A stretch of 64,000 nt of DNA from Octopus bimaculoides (taxonomy: Eukaryota): positions 13,587,653 through 13,651,652 of the forward strand of contig NC_069004.1 in NCBI RefSeq assembly GCF_001194135.2. Reading direction: 5' to 3'. A program made the position numbers and the translations under genes. Of the stretch, positions 25,561-40,469 are shown piece after piece (position 1 is the first letter of the stretch; every line of letters begins with the position of its first letter). The notes beneath the pieces were generated by a model. The model saw only the letters and a list, made by a program, of their open reading frames with translations, did not search any database and was not told the origin of the DNA.

Positions 25561-28059
25561 GAACTGTTGTACAGAACAATGGGACAATGACTGTAAATGT
25601 TAAGTGTTAAAAGATCAGTAACTTCAGTCCTCAGGTCAGTCAAGCAATATATACTCTGGTTGAAGTGTAACAAGCTATTGGCATCACAAGTATAACAAGG
25701 TGAATGTCCATAACAACGAAAACAATCTGGCACCATGGTTATAATGAAGGATTTGGAGCTTTAGGTGTTTTCGCTCAATAAACACTCACAACACCCAGTC
25801 TGGGAATCGAAACCGCCATCCTATGACCGCGAGTCCGATGTCCTAACCACTGGGCCATTGCGCCTCCAATAGCTGATATACTGTATCAATAATAACCAAG
25901 ATGAAAACTCAAGTCTGATAAACTACAAATGCCATTTTTCAACATGCAATAGAAATGACTTTGGAGAAGGATATAAAAAATAAAATAATCTATTAGGATG
26001 TTGTATATTTGGGTTCAAGCACTGAGCAAGAATTGAACTGGAAGACTGAGATAATATATACTGGAGCAAGTGAGAGACATAGACATGATTATTTACTCAA
26101 ATATATTTTGAATAATAACATCATTCTTGGGATATTCCATTATAAAAGAGGCTGTTACTCAAGACTGATGTTTAATTTTTAAAAAAATTGGATATATAGC
26201 CCCTTATATCAATAAGAAATGAAATCATTTTTAGGATTGGTATGGTCAATTTTTATGGCTAGTTTTTACCAAAATATTTTGAAATGGTTAAATCATTTGT
26301 GAAATTGAGCAAGAAACATGTTGAATATTCTTGGACAAAATATTAAAAAACAAAAATGATAATAAACCTGAAGTGAAAACCAATTTATATATAATGCATG
26401 TGGTTAAACAGCAAAAATATGACCATTCCTAACTATAACAATATCTGTTTCAACACCCAATTTCACATCAAGAATCTTGCAAAACAAATATGTTATGTTT
26501 TTTTATTACTTAAACTGCAAATTAACCGGATAAAAGCAGAGTTACTTCTGAATATGCATATGCAGGACTACTAATTATCTCTTTTGGCTCTCCAGAATAC
26601 TTCAGTAATCTTTCAATTTTACTCATATTACTGCATTATATATATATATATATGTATAAAAATATACACATATACATATATATATAGGTAAACATTCATA
26701 GCAGCAAAATTTGATTATGAATTATAAAATTCAGTCATTATCAAGTCACTTGGGCAAGTGTCTTCTACTATAGCGTCAGGCAGACCAAAGTCTGGTGAGG
26801 TGAGTAGATTTTGGTAGATGGGAACTTAAGAATATATGTGCGTGTGTCTTTGTTCCTGTCCCCCACCACTGTCTGACAACCGGTGTTAGTGTGTTTATGT
26901 CCCTGTAACTTATAGGTTTGGCAAAAGAAAAGAGGCCAATAGAAGTACCAGGATTTTTTTTTAAAATAAAATACTGGGGTGATTCATTCCATCAGAATTC
27001 TTCAAGGCATTGCCTTAGTATGGCCTGCAATACAATGACTGAAACATAAAAAGATAATATAGTTCTTCCTACTCCACCACCACCCCTGCATACAGGAATC
27101 CACCCACTGATGGTCACACTGGAATGCCTTTGACAGTAATGTATGTTCAGTCAGAGTTGACCTGGGGGTTACTAAACAACAACCATCTTTTATACTTCTG
27201 CTCCTCTCTATTCACAAACAAATCTATTTTCCAACAAACTAATAGTTATCTTGACAAGAGACCCCACTATTGTTTCATGAAAGGAAAGGGGTGAGAGAGA
27301 GATAGAGACAAAGAAACACCACTGATAATAATGGTTGTGGTGTAGTACACTGCTGACTACAAACAACTGACTTGACTGCAACTTGTTCTCTACTAACCAG
27401 CATGGAAAATGTCTCAACTTTGATCAACAAAGCTAAGTTAAGACAACTGTAAACTTGACCTAGATCTTAGTCTAAATATAGAACTATTTTAGCCAGCCTA
27501 CTAGAAGATGGAGAAAAGGCCAGCACTACTCTAGTCCATCTAGTTGACATCCCCTCTATCTCCCCACACACAGACATACATTCTCCATAATTTTTTTTTG
27601 CCTTGCTTCTATAACCTTTAAATAATTACAGAAATTCAGAATTTAGGATTCTTGAAGCAAGCAATTTATTATCATTAGTTATTATTATTATTTTTTTTTT
27701 TATTTAATTAGTATAGCAAAATGAGTCAGCCATCAGATAAAAAAAAATGCCTAGCAATATTTTCTTACATTCCGTTACATTTTGAATTCAGATTTGCTTG
27801 TCATTCTTTTGTAATCAATAATAAAAAAATACCAGCCAATTATAATCAACTACAATACAATTAGCCACACAATGTGTGGCCTTGTGCCTAGTTACATATT
27901 AATTGTTATATAAACAATGTCTAACATGAATGTGTGGCTTTAAAGTTGTCTGTGGTTTTTCTGTTTTGTTTGTTTTTTTTTGTTTTTTGGTTCATACAAC
28001 CATTTATAGATGTAGAACACCACTACTAATTCATGGGTCACTAAGTTCAATCCTATTCA

Positions 28060-28645
28060 CAGTAGCCAAGCTGGCAGAACTGTTAGCACACTGGACGAAA
28101 TGCTTAGTGCTATTTTGCCCATTGCTACATTTCTGAGTTCAAATTCCAACGAGGTCCACTTTGCATTTCATCTTTTTGGGGTTGATAAATTTAGTACCAG
28201 TGAAACACTGGGGTCAATATAATCAACTAGTCTCCCACTGCCAAATTTTAAGCCTTGTGCCTATAGCAGAAAGGATTATTATTATCATTATTATTATTAT
28301 GTGGTTTTTGCCTTTCATCCTTTCAGTTGAGTACTGGGGCTGGTGTAATCAACTAGCCCCTCCCCCAAATTTCAGGCCTTGTGCCTTTTGTAGAAAGGAT
28401 TATCATTATTATTATTATTGAAGGTGGCAAGCTGGCAGAATCATTAGCATGCTGGGCTAAATGCTCAGTGGTATTTCACCCATCACTATGTTCTGAGTTC
28501 AAATTCTGCCAAGGTCAACTTTGCTTTTCATCCTTTTTGGGGTCAATAAATTAAGTACCAGTGAAACACTGGGGTCAATGTAATCGACTAGTCCCCTCCC
28601 CACAAATTTCAGGCCTTGTGCCTTCAGTAGAAAAGATTATTATTA
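28060..28645 (+). mobile_element. Tandem trimer of SINE family E
   Basis: Three consecutive units end in agaaaggattattatt. The middle unit is 5' truncated. Confidence 0.85.
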
Positions 28646-28782
28646 TCATTATTATCATGTCTCTTGGCCAGGACATTACATTTTTCACTGATCCATTTAT
28701 CTAGTTCAGTGTTTCCTAAGCAAATTTGTTTCTCTTGCAGAAGCTTTGAAATACATCCCATGTCTCAAGAGAACCCCTACAT

Positions 28783-29101
28783 CAGCAGTTTTCAACTGGG
28801 GTCCATATGAAATCCAGTGGTTCATGCAAGACTTTTGAGAGTCCATGCAAACAAAATAGTGAGCTGGGGATTGAAAGGGCCCATGAAATAAAATGCTCCT
28901 TTGGATGTATTCATTGCAAGAAACAGTTAGGTTTCTTTCTCTCACATTTTACATAGTTCAACCTATAGAAGTGAGTGTGTGAAAAACAAAATAGGAATTT
29001 TGAAAGAAGGAGTTATAAAGATAGTTTTTAAGCATCAAATGACTAAGGGAATCCACCAGAATAGAATAGCAATCAAAAAAAAATTAGGGTTGAGAACCAC
29101 T
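28783..29101. mobile_element. hAT-like MITE, second family
   Basis: Ends cagcagttttcaactgggg and gggttgagaaccact. Confidence 0.55.
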
Positions 29102-29234
29102 TCTCTACATTAAGATTATAAATCTTTTATTACTCTTTTTCTTTTATAACATTAAATCTTATTAAGAGATTAAACAAATCATTTCAAAGATTTAGCAAAG
29201 TTAAATCCAACAAACTCCACAATAAAAAAAATGG

Positions 29235-29820
29235 TATACTCTTTTTCTTTTACTCTTTTACTTGTTTCAGTCATTTGNNNNNNNNNNNNNNNNNNNNNNN
29301 NNNNNNNNNNNNNNNNNNNNNNNNNNNNNNNNNNNNNNNNNNNNNNNNNNNNNNNNNNNNNNNNNNNNNNNNNNNNNNNNNNNNNNNNNNNNNNNNNNNN
29401 NNNNNNNNNNNNNNNNNNNNNNNNNNNNNNNNNNNNNNNNNNNNNNNNNNNNNNNNNNNNNNNNNNNNNNNNNNNNNNNNNNNNNNNNNNNNNNNNNNNN
29501 NNNNNNNNNNNNNNNNNNNNNNNNNNNNNNNNNNNNNNNNNNNNNNNNNNNNNNNNNNNNNNNNNNNNNNNNNNNNNAACCGCTAAGTGACGGGGACATA
29601 AACACACCAGCATCGTTTGTCAAGCAATGCTAGGGGGACAAACACAGACACACACACACACATATATATATATACATATATACGACGGGCTTCTTTCAGT
29701 TTCCATCTACCAAATCCACTCACAAGGCTTTGGTCGGCCCGAGGCTATAGTAGAAGACATTTGCCCAAGATGCCACGCAGTGGGACTGAACCCAGAACCA
29801 TGTGGTTGGTAAGCAAGCTA
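29235..29820 (-). mobile_element. Family A SINE spanning an assembly gap
   Basis: Tail lies before the N-run 29278-29577, and the body and head lie after it. Confidence 0.85.
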
Positions 29821-29959
29821 TAAAACCAAAACCTTGCTTAAACCAAATTCCCCTACATTTTCTTAGTAAGAGGTCATTTTCCCTCATAGGGTTAGGGTTA
29901 GGGTCTCCTTACTACTATAGACACCATGATTTTCAATAGGCTGAGCATCTTTTATCTAT

Positions 29960-32538
29960 TACATGTTTCAGTCATTAGACTGTGGCCATGTTGAGGAGTA
30001 GCTTTGACCTCAGTATTTTTTTTTCTTTTTGATCTGGTACTTAATTTGCTAAACCACTAAGTTATGGGAATGGTGGTTGTTAAGCAGTAGTGAGGGACAA
30101 ACACACATACAATAGGCCTTTTTTCAGCTTCTGTCTTCAACCAAATTCACTCACAAGGCTTTAGTCAGAGCCCAAGGATATAGTAAAAGACACTTGCCCA
30201 AGGTGCTACGCAATGGGACTGAACTCTGAACCATGTGGTTGGGAAGCAAGCTTGTAACCACATAGCCACAAAAACAGAGTTAAACACAAAGAATTACACA
30301 AAATTGCATTACCATACATTTAACATATCTATCACTGTTGTTTGCAGAAGCCTAGTTGGAAAATTCTGATCTAGCTGTTGAATATGCAAGGGGCAAATTA
30401 CAAGCTTTTCTGGCGAAGCTGTTTGTGAAACATAAGGGCCTTGACAAGAAGAATATTTTAAACATTTCTTTATCTCTAAACTGGAGAGATGATTATTAAG
30501 TGTCTTGACAATATTTAGTTAATTTTAGCAACTATGGCCAAGTCTCAAAAATGTATACAGAAATAATTATCTAGTGAGAAAAAGATAACTTTAAGAATAG
30601 ATGCTTGCTGCATCAAATATGTTTAACCTAATTAAACTAATGCTTTCCATGACTATGGTGAGTCTTTCATCACTACTTTAGTAAGTACAGCAAATAGTAC
30701 ACTTTACTGATGAGGTCAGAATAAGACTTAACAGACTGGTCACCCATACTTGTCAGAAAAATTAAAGCATTAGTCATTGGTTAAGTTTTGTTTTTCATTT
30801 TTCATGCCAACAAATGATTATTTTGAGATAAGTTTTTAATGCTCCATATATTAAATGGTCAACACAAAATTACCAAACTATTTCTAAACATATGCTAATA
30901 CTTACTCAATCTCTCTCATATGTGTGTGTGGGTGTAAAAACATGACATTTCTGGAAATCAACAATCTCAGTCAAGTAAGCATGAAGTTCTAAGATATTTT
31001 AAGCAAAGGAAATGAATTTGCAATATCCATACCTTTCTCAAAGCATACAGTATCAATGTAAGTGAAACAGCAATTGGACACTGAAAATAGGTCACTGAGT
31101 ACATATATTCAGTGCTTATCTTTTAGTACACAATCACACACAAACACACAGCAGACAGAGTGTATATATAAACAAAACAATGAAAGAGTGTGTATACATG
31201 TTTGAGATAGATAGTCAATATGTAAGAGAAAGACAACAAACATGTCTGTGATAAAGACAGACAGAAGCAAGTGATAAAGTAGTTGATCTAGAGAGAGAGA
31301 GAGAGAGAGAGAGGGGAAGAAGAGGGAGGATTGCAATAAAAGATTTGATATAAACTGGGTACAATTCATGAGTGCTATTTCTTGAGTAGAGAGGACAAGG
31401 ATTTTTCAAGAGAAACACAAGTGTTGCAGAAATAAACTAAGGTATATGGAAAGACTCAGGTTGATTAAATATACTGTGTAAGTGGAGCCAAACAAGCAAG
31501 CAAAACATACTTCAGTAATTTTCTGTGGTTATTTTACTATGACTAAATGAATCAGAGTTCATTAACTAAACCAAGTGTTGTACTGGACGCCCCGGTTACA
31601 GGAAGAGAGGACGAAACAAGACAGAACAATAGTATAAATTATAAGAATGCTTCTGTACCTAAAACATAAAACAATTTGAAAGGTCATTCACCCTTGGAAC
31701 CCTCAACTTTTAACAGGCATTTTAAGGTTTATCTTTTTACTTGTTTCACTCGTTAGTCTGCAGCCATGCTGGAGCATTGAAAGGTTTAGTCAAATGAATT
31801 TACCCCAGTACTTATTTTTCAAGCCTGGTACTTTATTTTCTATAAGTCTCTTTTTGTCAATCTGCTATATTACAGGGATGTGAACAAACCAACACTAGTT
31901 GTCAGGTGGTGGAGACTGGGGCTTTCATCATTTTCTATCTACCAAATACACTCACAAGGCTTTGGTCAGCCCTAGGCTGTAGAAGAGAACAATTGTCCAA
32001 GGTGACATGCAGTAGGACTGAACTTGGAACCATGTCATTGGGAAGCAAACTTCTTAACACACAGCCACTTTGCACCAAAAGCTAATATGAAAGTTATTGA
32101 TAGATGCACTCAATGATTTGATTCTGTTCACGTAACTACATTTTGTCAGAATTTTGGAAAGATATACCCAGTGTATTAAACTGTGGCCATGCTGGGGCAC
32201 TGCTTTCAAGAATGTTAGTCAAATGAATTGACCTCAATATTTTTTTTTTTAAAGTACTGGTACTTATTCTAACAGACACTCTTGTCGAACTGCTAAGTCA
32301 CACAGACATAAACATACCAACACCAGTTGTCAAGTAGTGTAGGGGACAAAACACAGACACAAGACACACACACACACACACCCAGGCTTCTTTCAGTGTC
32401 CGTCTACCAAATCCACTCACAAAGCTTTGGTCAGCGCCTGAAGCTATAGTAGAAGACACTTACTTGCCCAGGGTGTCACGCAGTGGGATTGAACCTAAAA
32501 CCATGTGGTTGGGAAGCAAACCTCTTAACACACAGCCA
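29960..32538 (-). mobile_element. Three further minus-strand family A SINEs (about 29960-30268, 31735-32068, 32180-32538); the span includes unrelated DNA between them
   Basis: Each has aaatccactcacaaggctttggtc...cttgcccaagg...gaaccatgtggttgggaagcaa. Confidence 0.8.
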
Positions 32539-33393
32539 AATTATAATCTTATTGGAAGACAGGGAAGATTAAGCAGTTCCAATTTATAGGAAAATGATGT
32601 CAAAATCTTACAGCCATACGTCAGTTGATCTCTAATAGAATGTGATTGAAATAGAAAGAAAAGAGAGGATTTAATTTATTGGTCATTTAAATACAATATT
32701 TCCTGGGAATCAAGAGTAGATTGCTGACTCACTGAAGAAAGATCTCACTTCAGTTTCATTGCATCCACATACAATAAATAAATCAATACATTAGGTTTTA
32801 CATAGAAACAGTGACCGAGTGGTTTAAGGTAGNNNNNNNNNNNNNNNNNNNNNNNNNNNNNNNNNNNNNNNNNNNNNNNNNNNNNNNNNNNNNNNNNNNN
32901 NNNNNNNNNNNNNNNNNNNNNNNNNNNNNTAAGTCCGCACAATGATAATCTAAAATCTCCCCCAAGAACAGTACTGCATTCTGAGGCAAGACATTTTTCT
33001 CTACTTGACTCAATATATCAATTATTCCAAATCCCAAAGTCTAATAATCTATAAAAGACTTGCAGCAACATTACTGTGTTAACTTCGTTGGTAGTGTGTG
33101 TCGGAGAGAAAGAGAGGAAGAAAGAAGAGAAGACATAGGCAAGCACTACAAAACCAACTTCAATTTAATTAAGCAGGTAAGATTTACATTTAAAAGAACA
33201 AAATAAACGAAACTAAACTAGATATTCTATTAAATAATTCTTGAAATATAAACTAATTATCACTCATTTTGAAAGAAACTTAGTTTTTCAGATTTCTCTT
33301 AGAAATTTCTTTTAAAAAAACATTAATCCTCGCAGGAAGAAGAGACAAAAGCAGTGAAAAGAATCCCCATTAATTACTGTTAACTGTCTGTTC

Positions 33394-33426
<33 letters not shown>

Positions 33427-33749
33427 CTGGAAGCAATGAGGATGAAAGCTGGTGACATAAGTAGAGTACATTGTATCAGCTTGGAACAAATGGTAGAACA
33501 TAAAAACAAGATTTAGCTAATAGATTTCTTCTTCAGTCAATAATGATGCCTTTATTAGAAGAGAAATTACAAAAGCTAAGTGAAGACAATAATAATAATA
33601 ATAATAATGATGATGATAAAAGAGATGTTTTATGTGGTTTGAAAAGAAACAGTAATAAAGATGAATGTGGGTTGGAGTGTAAAAGAAAAATAAATCCCTT
33701 ATCTAAAATAAATTAGTTTTCTAAATGTACTGTCTTGACATTCATGATT

Positions 33750-33759
33750 GTATATGTGT

Positions 33760-33818
<59 letters not shown>

Positions 33819-34215
33819 TAAATAAATATATACATAAATATAAAAAGATATATACCCACACAGGATATATATACATAAATATAAAGATATATATACACAT
33901 AATATATATATATACATAAATGTTTATAGATATATACATACATATAATATACACATATATAGATAAAAATATATACATATATAAATATATATACAGATAT
34001 AGATATAAATATATGCATATATAAATATAGAGTTGAAATTTATAGAAAAACAAAAGACGAAAACAGGTGTATGAACAGATATAAATATATACATATATAG
34101 ATATAAATATATACATATATAGATATAAATATATACATATGTAAATATATACATATACAAATATATACATATATAGATATAAATATATATATATATATAT
34201 ATATTATACACATCT
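33750..34215. repeat. (CA)n followed by an AT-rich minisatellite with a unit of about 22 bp (ATATAGATATAAATATATACAT)
   Basis: The unit recurs several times between about 33960 and 34200. Confidence 0.85.
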
Positions 34216-35039
34216 AAGTATTATTATATACATTACACGCACACACATAAACAAAACAAACAAAATACTCAGATTTTTATAGAAAGGAACTATAGAACAA
34301 TGAATAGAAGCCTAATTACCATACAATATGAATATTCTTCAACTCTACAGATTTCAATGATTAAACACACCACCACTACTACCACCAAGTCTATACACGT
34401 GTTTATATAATGTAGCTAATTCTTTGGTTCATCCCATTCAAAAAAAAAAAATGAAAGAAAATGGAATACATAACTCCTACAAACTAAAAAAAGCGTGTAT
34501 TTTCATTTCACAAATGGCCAATCTACAGAGCACTTTTTAAATATGTTCTACAGGAATGTTCATAGAAAGGTAGAGCTTTCAATGTCATACGAAACAAAAC
34601 AGGGAGAAAAATGGTAAAAAAAAAGTCCAGGGCAGTTTTTTTGGTTTTGTTGCATTTTCTTTCTTTTTGTTTTATTTTGGTTGAGTGGTAAGAAGCTTGC
34701 TTCCCAACCCATGATTTCGGATTCAATCCCAATATGAAGCACCTTGGGCAAGTGCCTTCTTCTATAACCTAAGGTCAACTGAAGTGTTGTGAGTGGAAAT
34801 GGAAAGAAGCCCAGCATGTGTGTGTGTGTGTGTGCATTCCAGCTTACCAGTTTTCAGTCAAACCGTCCAACCCATGCCAGCATGGAAAGCGGACATTAAA
34901 TGTTGATGATGGTGATATATAAATATATATCTATATATGTTATATATGCAGGGAATTCAGGTTTAATTTGAGGATTTTCTTTGTCTTCTTTTTTCAGGAA
35001 CAGCTTCATGTATTGGTGAACAGTGAATAGCATTGGAGA

Positions 35040-35690
35040 GCACAAACAAAGGTGGTAACTGAGAAAAAGTTAGCTGACATGGAGGAATGGAAGCCGTCTG
35101 AATATTGGAACAGAGTTACCTGTATCATGATGATTCATGTCAGGTATCAAAATGCCAACATCAGGACTGCTGCTCAACACACTATAAAGGTTGTAAGATG
35201 TGATATAGATATCATGAAAACCAAGTTCTCCCCAATCTGCGGTGGTCTTTGGGTGTGCCTCCAGTGAAAGTGACGTCATGCCACCACACATCTTTGAACA
35301 GGGCCTTAGTATCAATTCAAACAGCTATGTAAAGCTGCTGGAGACTGAGGTCAGTCCGTAGCTGGAAAGGGTTGCTGCTGAAAGGCCATATGTGTGGCAG
35401 CAGGATTCAGCTCCTTGCCATACCTCAGGAAAGAGACAGGAGTGGTTGTTGGAGTATTTCTACAACTTCACCAGCCCCAATATTCCAACCTTCCGATTCC
35501 CCCAATTGTAATCCCATGGATTACTATGTGTGGAGCATGGTTGAAAAAGATACCAACTGCTCTGCCTGCAACACCAAGGCTTAGTCGATGGTCAAAATCA
35601 AGGAAGTGTTTGAAGATCTTCCCAGATACATGCACTAGGTCCTCAAGCCATCTTAAGGCCATGGTGGAAGCTGAACTTTTTGATCTTTTT
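35040..35690 (+). mobile_element. Second maT/DD37D-like subfamily, degenerate transposase fragment
   Basis: VFGCASSESDVMPPHIFEQG...RPYVWQQDSAPCHTS...DSPNCNPMDYYVWSMVEK. Homologous to, but clearly diverged from, the 6.1-7.0 kb copy. Confidence 0.8.
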
Positions 35691-36751
35691 AAATAGTTTT
35701 ATTTTTGGATGGGACATTGTGTTTTGCTTTCCTTTCATGCAAACTCAAATGTTGCCTGAACACCCTCTGTCTGTCTGTGTGTGTGCATATGTGTTGTGAG
35801 TTTTAGTTTTTTTCCCATCACTTCTTGAAACCTTGTTGGTTTGTTTACATCTCCATAACTTAGCAGTTTGACAAAAAAGAAAAAAAGACTGATAGGATAA
35901 GTAAGCAATGCTCCAGCATGGCTGCAGTCTAATGAGTGAAACAAGTAAAAGAAATTATAAGAGTTCTGCCAAAATGTTTTACAAAGAACATCATCTCTGC
36001 CCAAACCATCAGAACTCACCTGTCCTCATAGTACACAAACACATCTTACAAATTAAATATCCAGAAAACCAACTTCCTAAAATCAATCTGTTGCCATCAG
36101 TGAAAGAACCAAGATTCCTCAGTGATGATATATTAGTGCTGGGGGGGGGGGGGAGAAAAGTGAAGAAGAAATGAGACAGTGTTTGATTTGTTGTTTTAAT
36201 GCATCTAATGTTTTGCACAGTCTGTAAGATGTGTAGTCTAGTGATCTGGGTAACAGGCTTCTGATCAAAAGATCATGAATTCAGTACCTGGGCAGGCAGC
36301 ATGTCGTACCCTTCAGCAAGGCACACCATTTCACACTGCTCCAACCAACTCAGCTCAAAATGAGTAGCTGCTTAGTGTTGGTGCTGCCCTCTCTCCTTCA
36401 TTTCCTAAATCAGTGTTTCTCAACCATTTTTTTACCTATAGACCTCTTTGATTCCTATTTTATTCAAGTGGTCCCTCTCAGAGCCATTCGATGCTCATAG
36501 TTTGTTACCAATGTGAGTTGTATCTGCTGTTAAGAAGTTCACTTCACAGTCACATGATTTCCAGTATCTCTGGTTATCATCCTGGACTGACGAATGCTTT
36601 GTAAGTGAATTTGGTGGACAGAAACTGAATGAAGCCTGGCATGTGCTGTATCTGTCTGCTGATTTTCAATTTTGTTTTTTTACTATTAATCCTTTTGACA
36701 GCTCACCCAGGACTGCTCTTGGTTCAATGATCCAGACTCCTTGCTTTAAAG

Positions 36752-37000
36752 CAGTAGTTCTCCACTGGGGTCATATGACCCTTGAGGGTCCATATAAGAT
36801 TTTGTGTTTAAATTTTATGTCCAATAAACTGGTTATACTTCTAAAATACACAAAGTATTTTCAATAATTTTTTTATACAATTTTTAATAATATCTAATTA
36901 TAAAAACATAATAGAATTTTTTAAACACTGAATGGATATGAGTAAAATAGGAATCAAAGGGCAGGCATCCACATAGGCAAAAAATGGTCGAGAAACAATG
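36752..37000. mobile_element. hAT (Charlie-like) MITE, same family, opposite orientation
   Basis: Termini cagtagttctc and gagaaacaatg, with 8-bp flanks ctttaaag and ctttagag. Partial copies occur at about 36412 and 50158. Confidence 0.8.
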
Positions 37001-37416
37001 CTTTAGAGTGAGTGATCTAAATTTTTAAAAAAACTTCAGTTAAAATTTCATGTTAAGTTTTTGTTTGAAATATCAAGCCTAATGGCAATGATACTTTACT
37101 AAATTCTACATGATTTTCAACAGTAATTGAAACAAAAACAATATTTCAACAGAAATATAAGAAAAGGGTTAATAAAGTTTCTATAGTTAACATTTCAGGG
37201 TTTGTTTTTGTTGTTTTTTTTGCCTTTTAGGTGTATATTTTTTCTTTATATAAGATGGAGGTGTCATGAACTTTGTTTAGTATTGTAAAAAGCTCCTTGC
37301 TGTAAAATGCATGGCAGATGTTTTAGGACAGGAAGCAACCAACAAAGCAATACTTATGCCAAAGTCTAAATTCCAGGCTGAAACAATTTTAGTTCACAAA
37401 AGAAACAACAGAGGTC

Positions 37417-37790
37417 TAAACCCTTTGATACCAAACCAGCCTGGGACCAGCCATGGTTCTATGATATAAAGTTTCCTATTTTAAAGTGATCTAAATTAAA
37501 ACCTTTCAACAAAATTTTCACCCTTTAGCATTCAGATTATTCTATTAAATGTAAATGTTTTGAATTTATCTCATAGCCTTGAGATTTCGATTATGTAACA
37601 TGCAGGGTAGGTGTGAGAGTCTGTATCTGACCAGTTTGAACATAAAACAGGTAGAATATTTTGGCTGGTTTAAATGCTAAAAGGTTATGATAATTTATGT
37701 TCCAAAAACTAGCTAAAGTGTTATTTGATTAAATTCCTATTTTAAAAATTAATCACAACAAAAGCAGGAACATGGTAACAAACAGGCTAA
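37417..37790. mobile_element. piggyBac-like MITE family 2 (reverse) carrying a nested family 1 MITE (37521-37684)
   Basis: aaccctttgatacc...ggttctatgatat...gtgatctaaattaaaacc, then ccctttagcattcag...tgctaaaagg, then aatttatgttcc. Confidence 0.7.
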
Positions 37791-38434
37791 GATGAGAGCA
37801 AGGTGGCTATTGTTCTATTAAATCCATCAAATCCAAATTGGCAAGGAAAGAAAAAAGCACGTCAAAGTAATGAAGGTAACTATATAATGCATGTATGTGT
37901 ATACATTACATCTGCATTTCCATGTTAGTGTATGTATGTGCATGCATGTATATTTGCCTGAATGTGTTTGGGTGTGTGTGCATGCACAGAAAGAAAGAGT
38001 CACTGTGACATTAAGGTTCTGAACATTGTCAAATGTCGAGTATTTACTTGCACCAGCCTTCATCCCACAATCTTTAAGAAAAAACAAAAAAAAGCACACA
38101 ACACTGCGTGCCTGAAATAGTAAAGTTCCACACCAATTTCACAGTTGAATGATTAACACGAAATAAAAAAGCAAAAAAAAAAGAAAGAAAAGAGGTGGAG
38201 TGGTTTCAATCAATCAATATTCAATCGATATCCAAATATATAGACTTACAAAAACACAAAATTCATTCCTACTCATAGCTGAAGAATCTGACAATCACAC
38301 TACACCATGCACCACAGCCACGAGCCAGAGAGCCTCTACATGGTCAAACAACCTTTAGAAATAGCAGCCAAATCTTCCAGAAATAACTCTTTTAAAAAAA
38401 AGGACAAATTTAAAGATATTTATTCAGTGCATGA

Positions 38435-38488
<54 letters not shown>

Positions 38489-39635
38489 TGTAAAATTGAG
38501 ATAGAATGGTCACAGGTAAAATGTCTGATAGAAGTGTTGTTGAATCAGGGCTAAACACGATCAAAAATGCACGCACGCACGCACGCACCTACACACGCAC
38601 ACATACATACACAAACACACACAGAATGCCCTACATCAAAAATATTCTGCTATTGAGAGAACAAGTGTAGTATTTAAAATGGCCACCAGCTAATTCCTTC
38701 AGTTATGGCAAAAACCACTCATGTGTGACTCTTTGAAAACCATTCAATGGAGAACACAGCTTCTATTCACATTTCTGTTATTAATAACACACACACACAC
38801 ACACACTTGTATTCTCAGGTTATATTCAATTTTGTCTTATTAATAACATATTTACACATACATTTATTATGTGTTTTATGTGTGCATACACACATGTGTG
38901 TGTGAGTATATGTATACACACACACACACACACACGTGTGTGTGTGTATTTATACATATAAGTCAATTCAATATCCTCACATAAAATGTTCTTTGTAGGG
39001 AAGAAAAAAAATTAAGGAAGAAATATGAAAATAGCAGTGAGAGTTAACACCTCCCCTTATATTTCCCACTGAATGGGACACACACACACACACACACACA
39101 CACGCACGCACATATACACACACAGAACGCATTCTCTCACCTCCCCTATCTCTCCCTCCCTGTGCCTATGTCTATAACAGTACAACTTCCCAAAGTGAAA
39201 AAACAGGTCACTGACACCACAAACTTTATAGACAGAAAATCTGGACTGATCAGTCTCCATAATTAATGGAATAAATAAAGAAGAAANNNNNNNNNNNNNN
39301 NNNNNNNNNNNNNNNNNNNNNNNNNNNNNNNNNNNNNNNNNNNNNNNNNNNNNNNNNNNNNNNNNNNNNNNNNNNNNNNNNNNNNNNNNNNNNNNNNNNN
39401 NNNNNNNNNNNNNNNNNNNNNNNNNNNNNNNNNNNNNNNNNNNNNNNNNNNNNNNNNNNNNNNNNNNNNNNNNNNNNNNNNNNNNNNNNNNNNNNNNNNN
39501 NNNNNNNNNNNNNNNNNNNNNNNNNNNNNNNNNNNNNNNNNNNNNNNNNNNNNNNNNNNNNNNNNNNNNNNNNNNNNNNNNNNNNNNNNNNNNNNNNNNN
39601 NNNNNNNNNNNNNNNNNNNNNNNNNNNNNNNNNNN

Positions 39636-39673
<38 letters not shown>

Positions 39674-40027
39674 CACATGCATATAGAACAGAAATTGAGA
39701 TTTTTCCACTTAACAACAAGACTTCACTTAGATGTGTATATAATATATAGAAAAATGTGTGAGCACACTCTACCATTTAATTTGCATATATGTATGTATG
39801 TGTGTGTGTGTGTATATATATAATAAGCATATCAAGGGGATTTAGGAGGGGTGTTAACTAGATTACAAAACCATACAGAGAAAGATTTTGTGGAACCAGT
39901 CTTTGTATCCTAGTTACCAACAATATATACATACATTAGACTACATACTTCTAACACAAAGGTGTGAAAGGGCACATTTATGTTTTTATTCCACAGTTTC
40001 CTAAAACCAAACACGTGTGTGTGTGTG

Positions 40028-40073
<46 letters not shown>

Positions 40074-40426
40074 TATATCCTGTATATAAGATATATTACA
40101 TGATGTGTGAATGCTCAGACACACACACACACACACACATATGATACACCCATGATTGTTCGTGTATGTGTGTGTGTGTGTGTTATATCTTGAAAATTCA
40201 AACCAAAAATCCAAACAAAGACAAGAACCTTCTCCTTCCATCCATCCACCCCATCCGTCCACCCTATCAAAAACAAAGGAAGATAGAAACTGTCAGATTC
40301 CCCTCTCTTTTCTTTCAACCTCTCCTCCTTCAACTGGGAGGCTGACCTCCCTGACCTAAAACGCTACTGGAAAAACTGGGAAAAGATGAAGGCCAAAGGA
40401 GGGGGGAAAAGCATTGGTAAAACACA

Positions 40427-40469
<43 letters not shown>

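Noticed and set aside
30707-30760. CTGATGA-GGTC...GACT stem suggesting a third hammerhead
   Set aside because: It is followed by TAAC instead of GAAA, and no stem I pairing exists.
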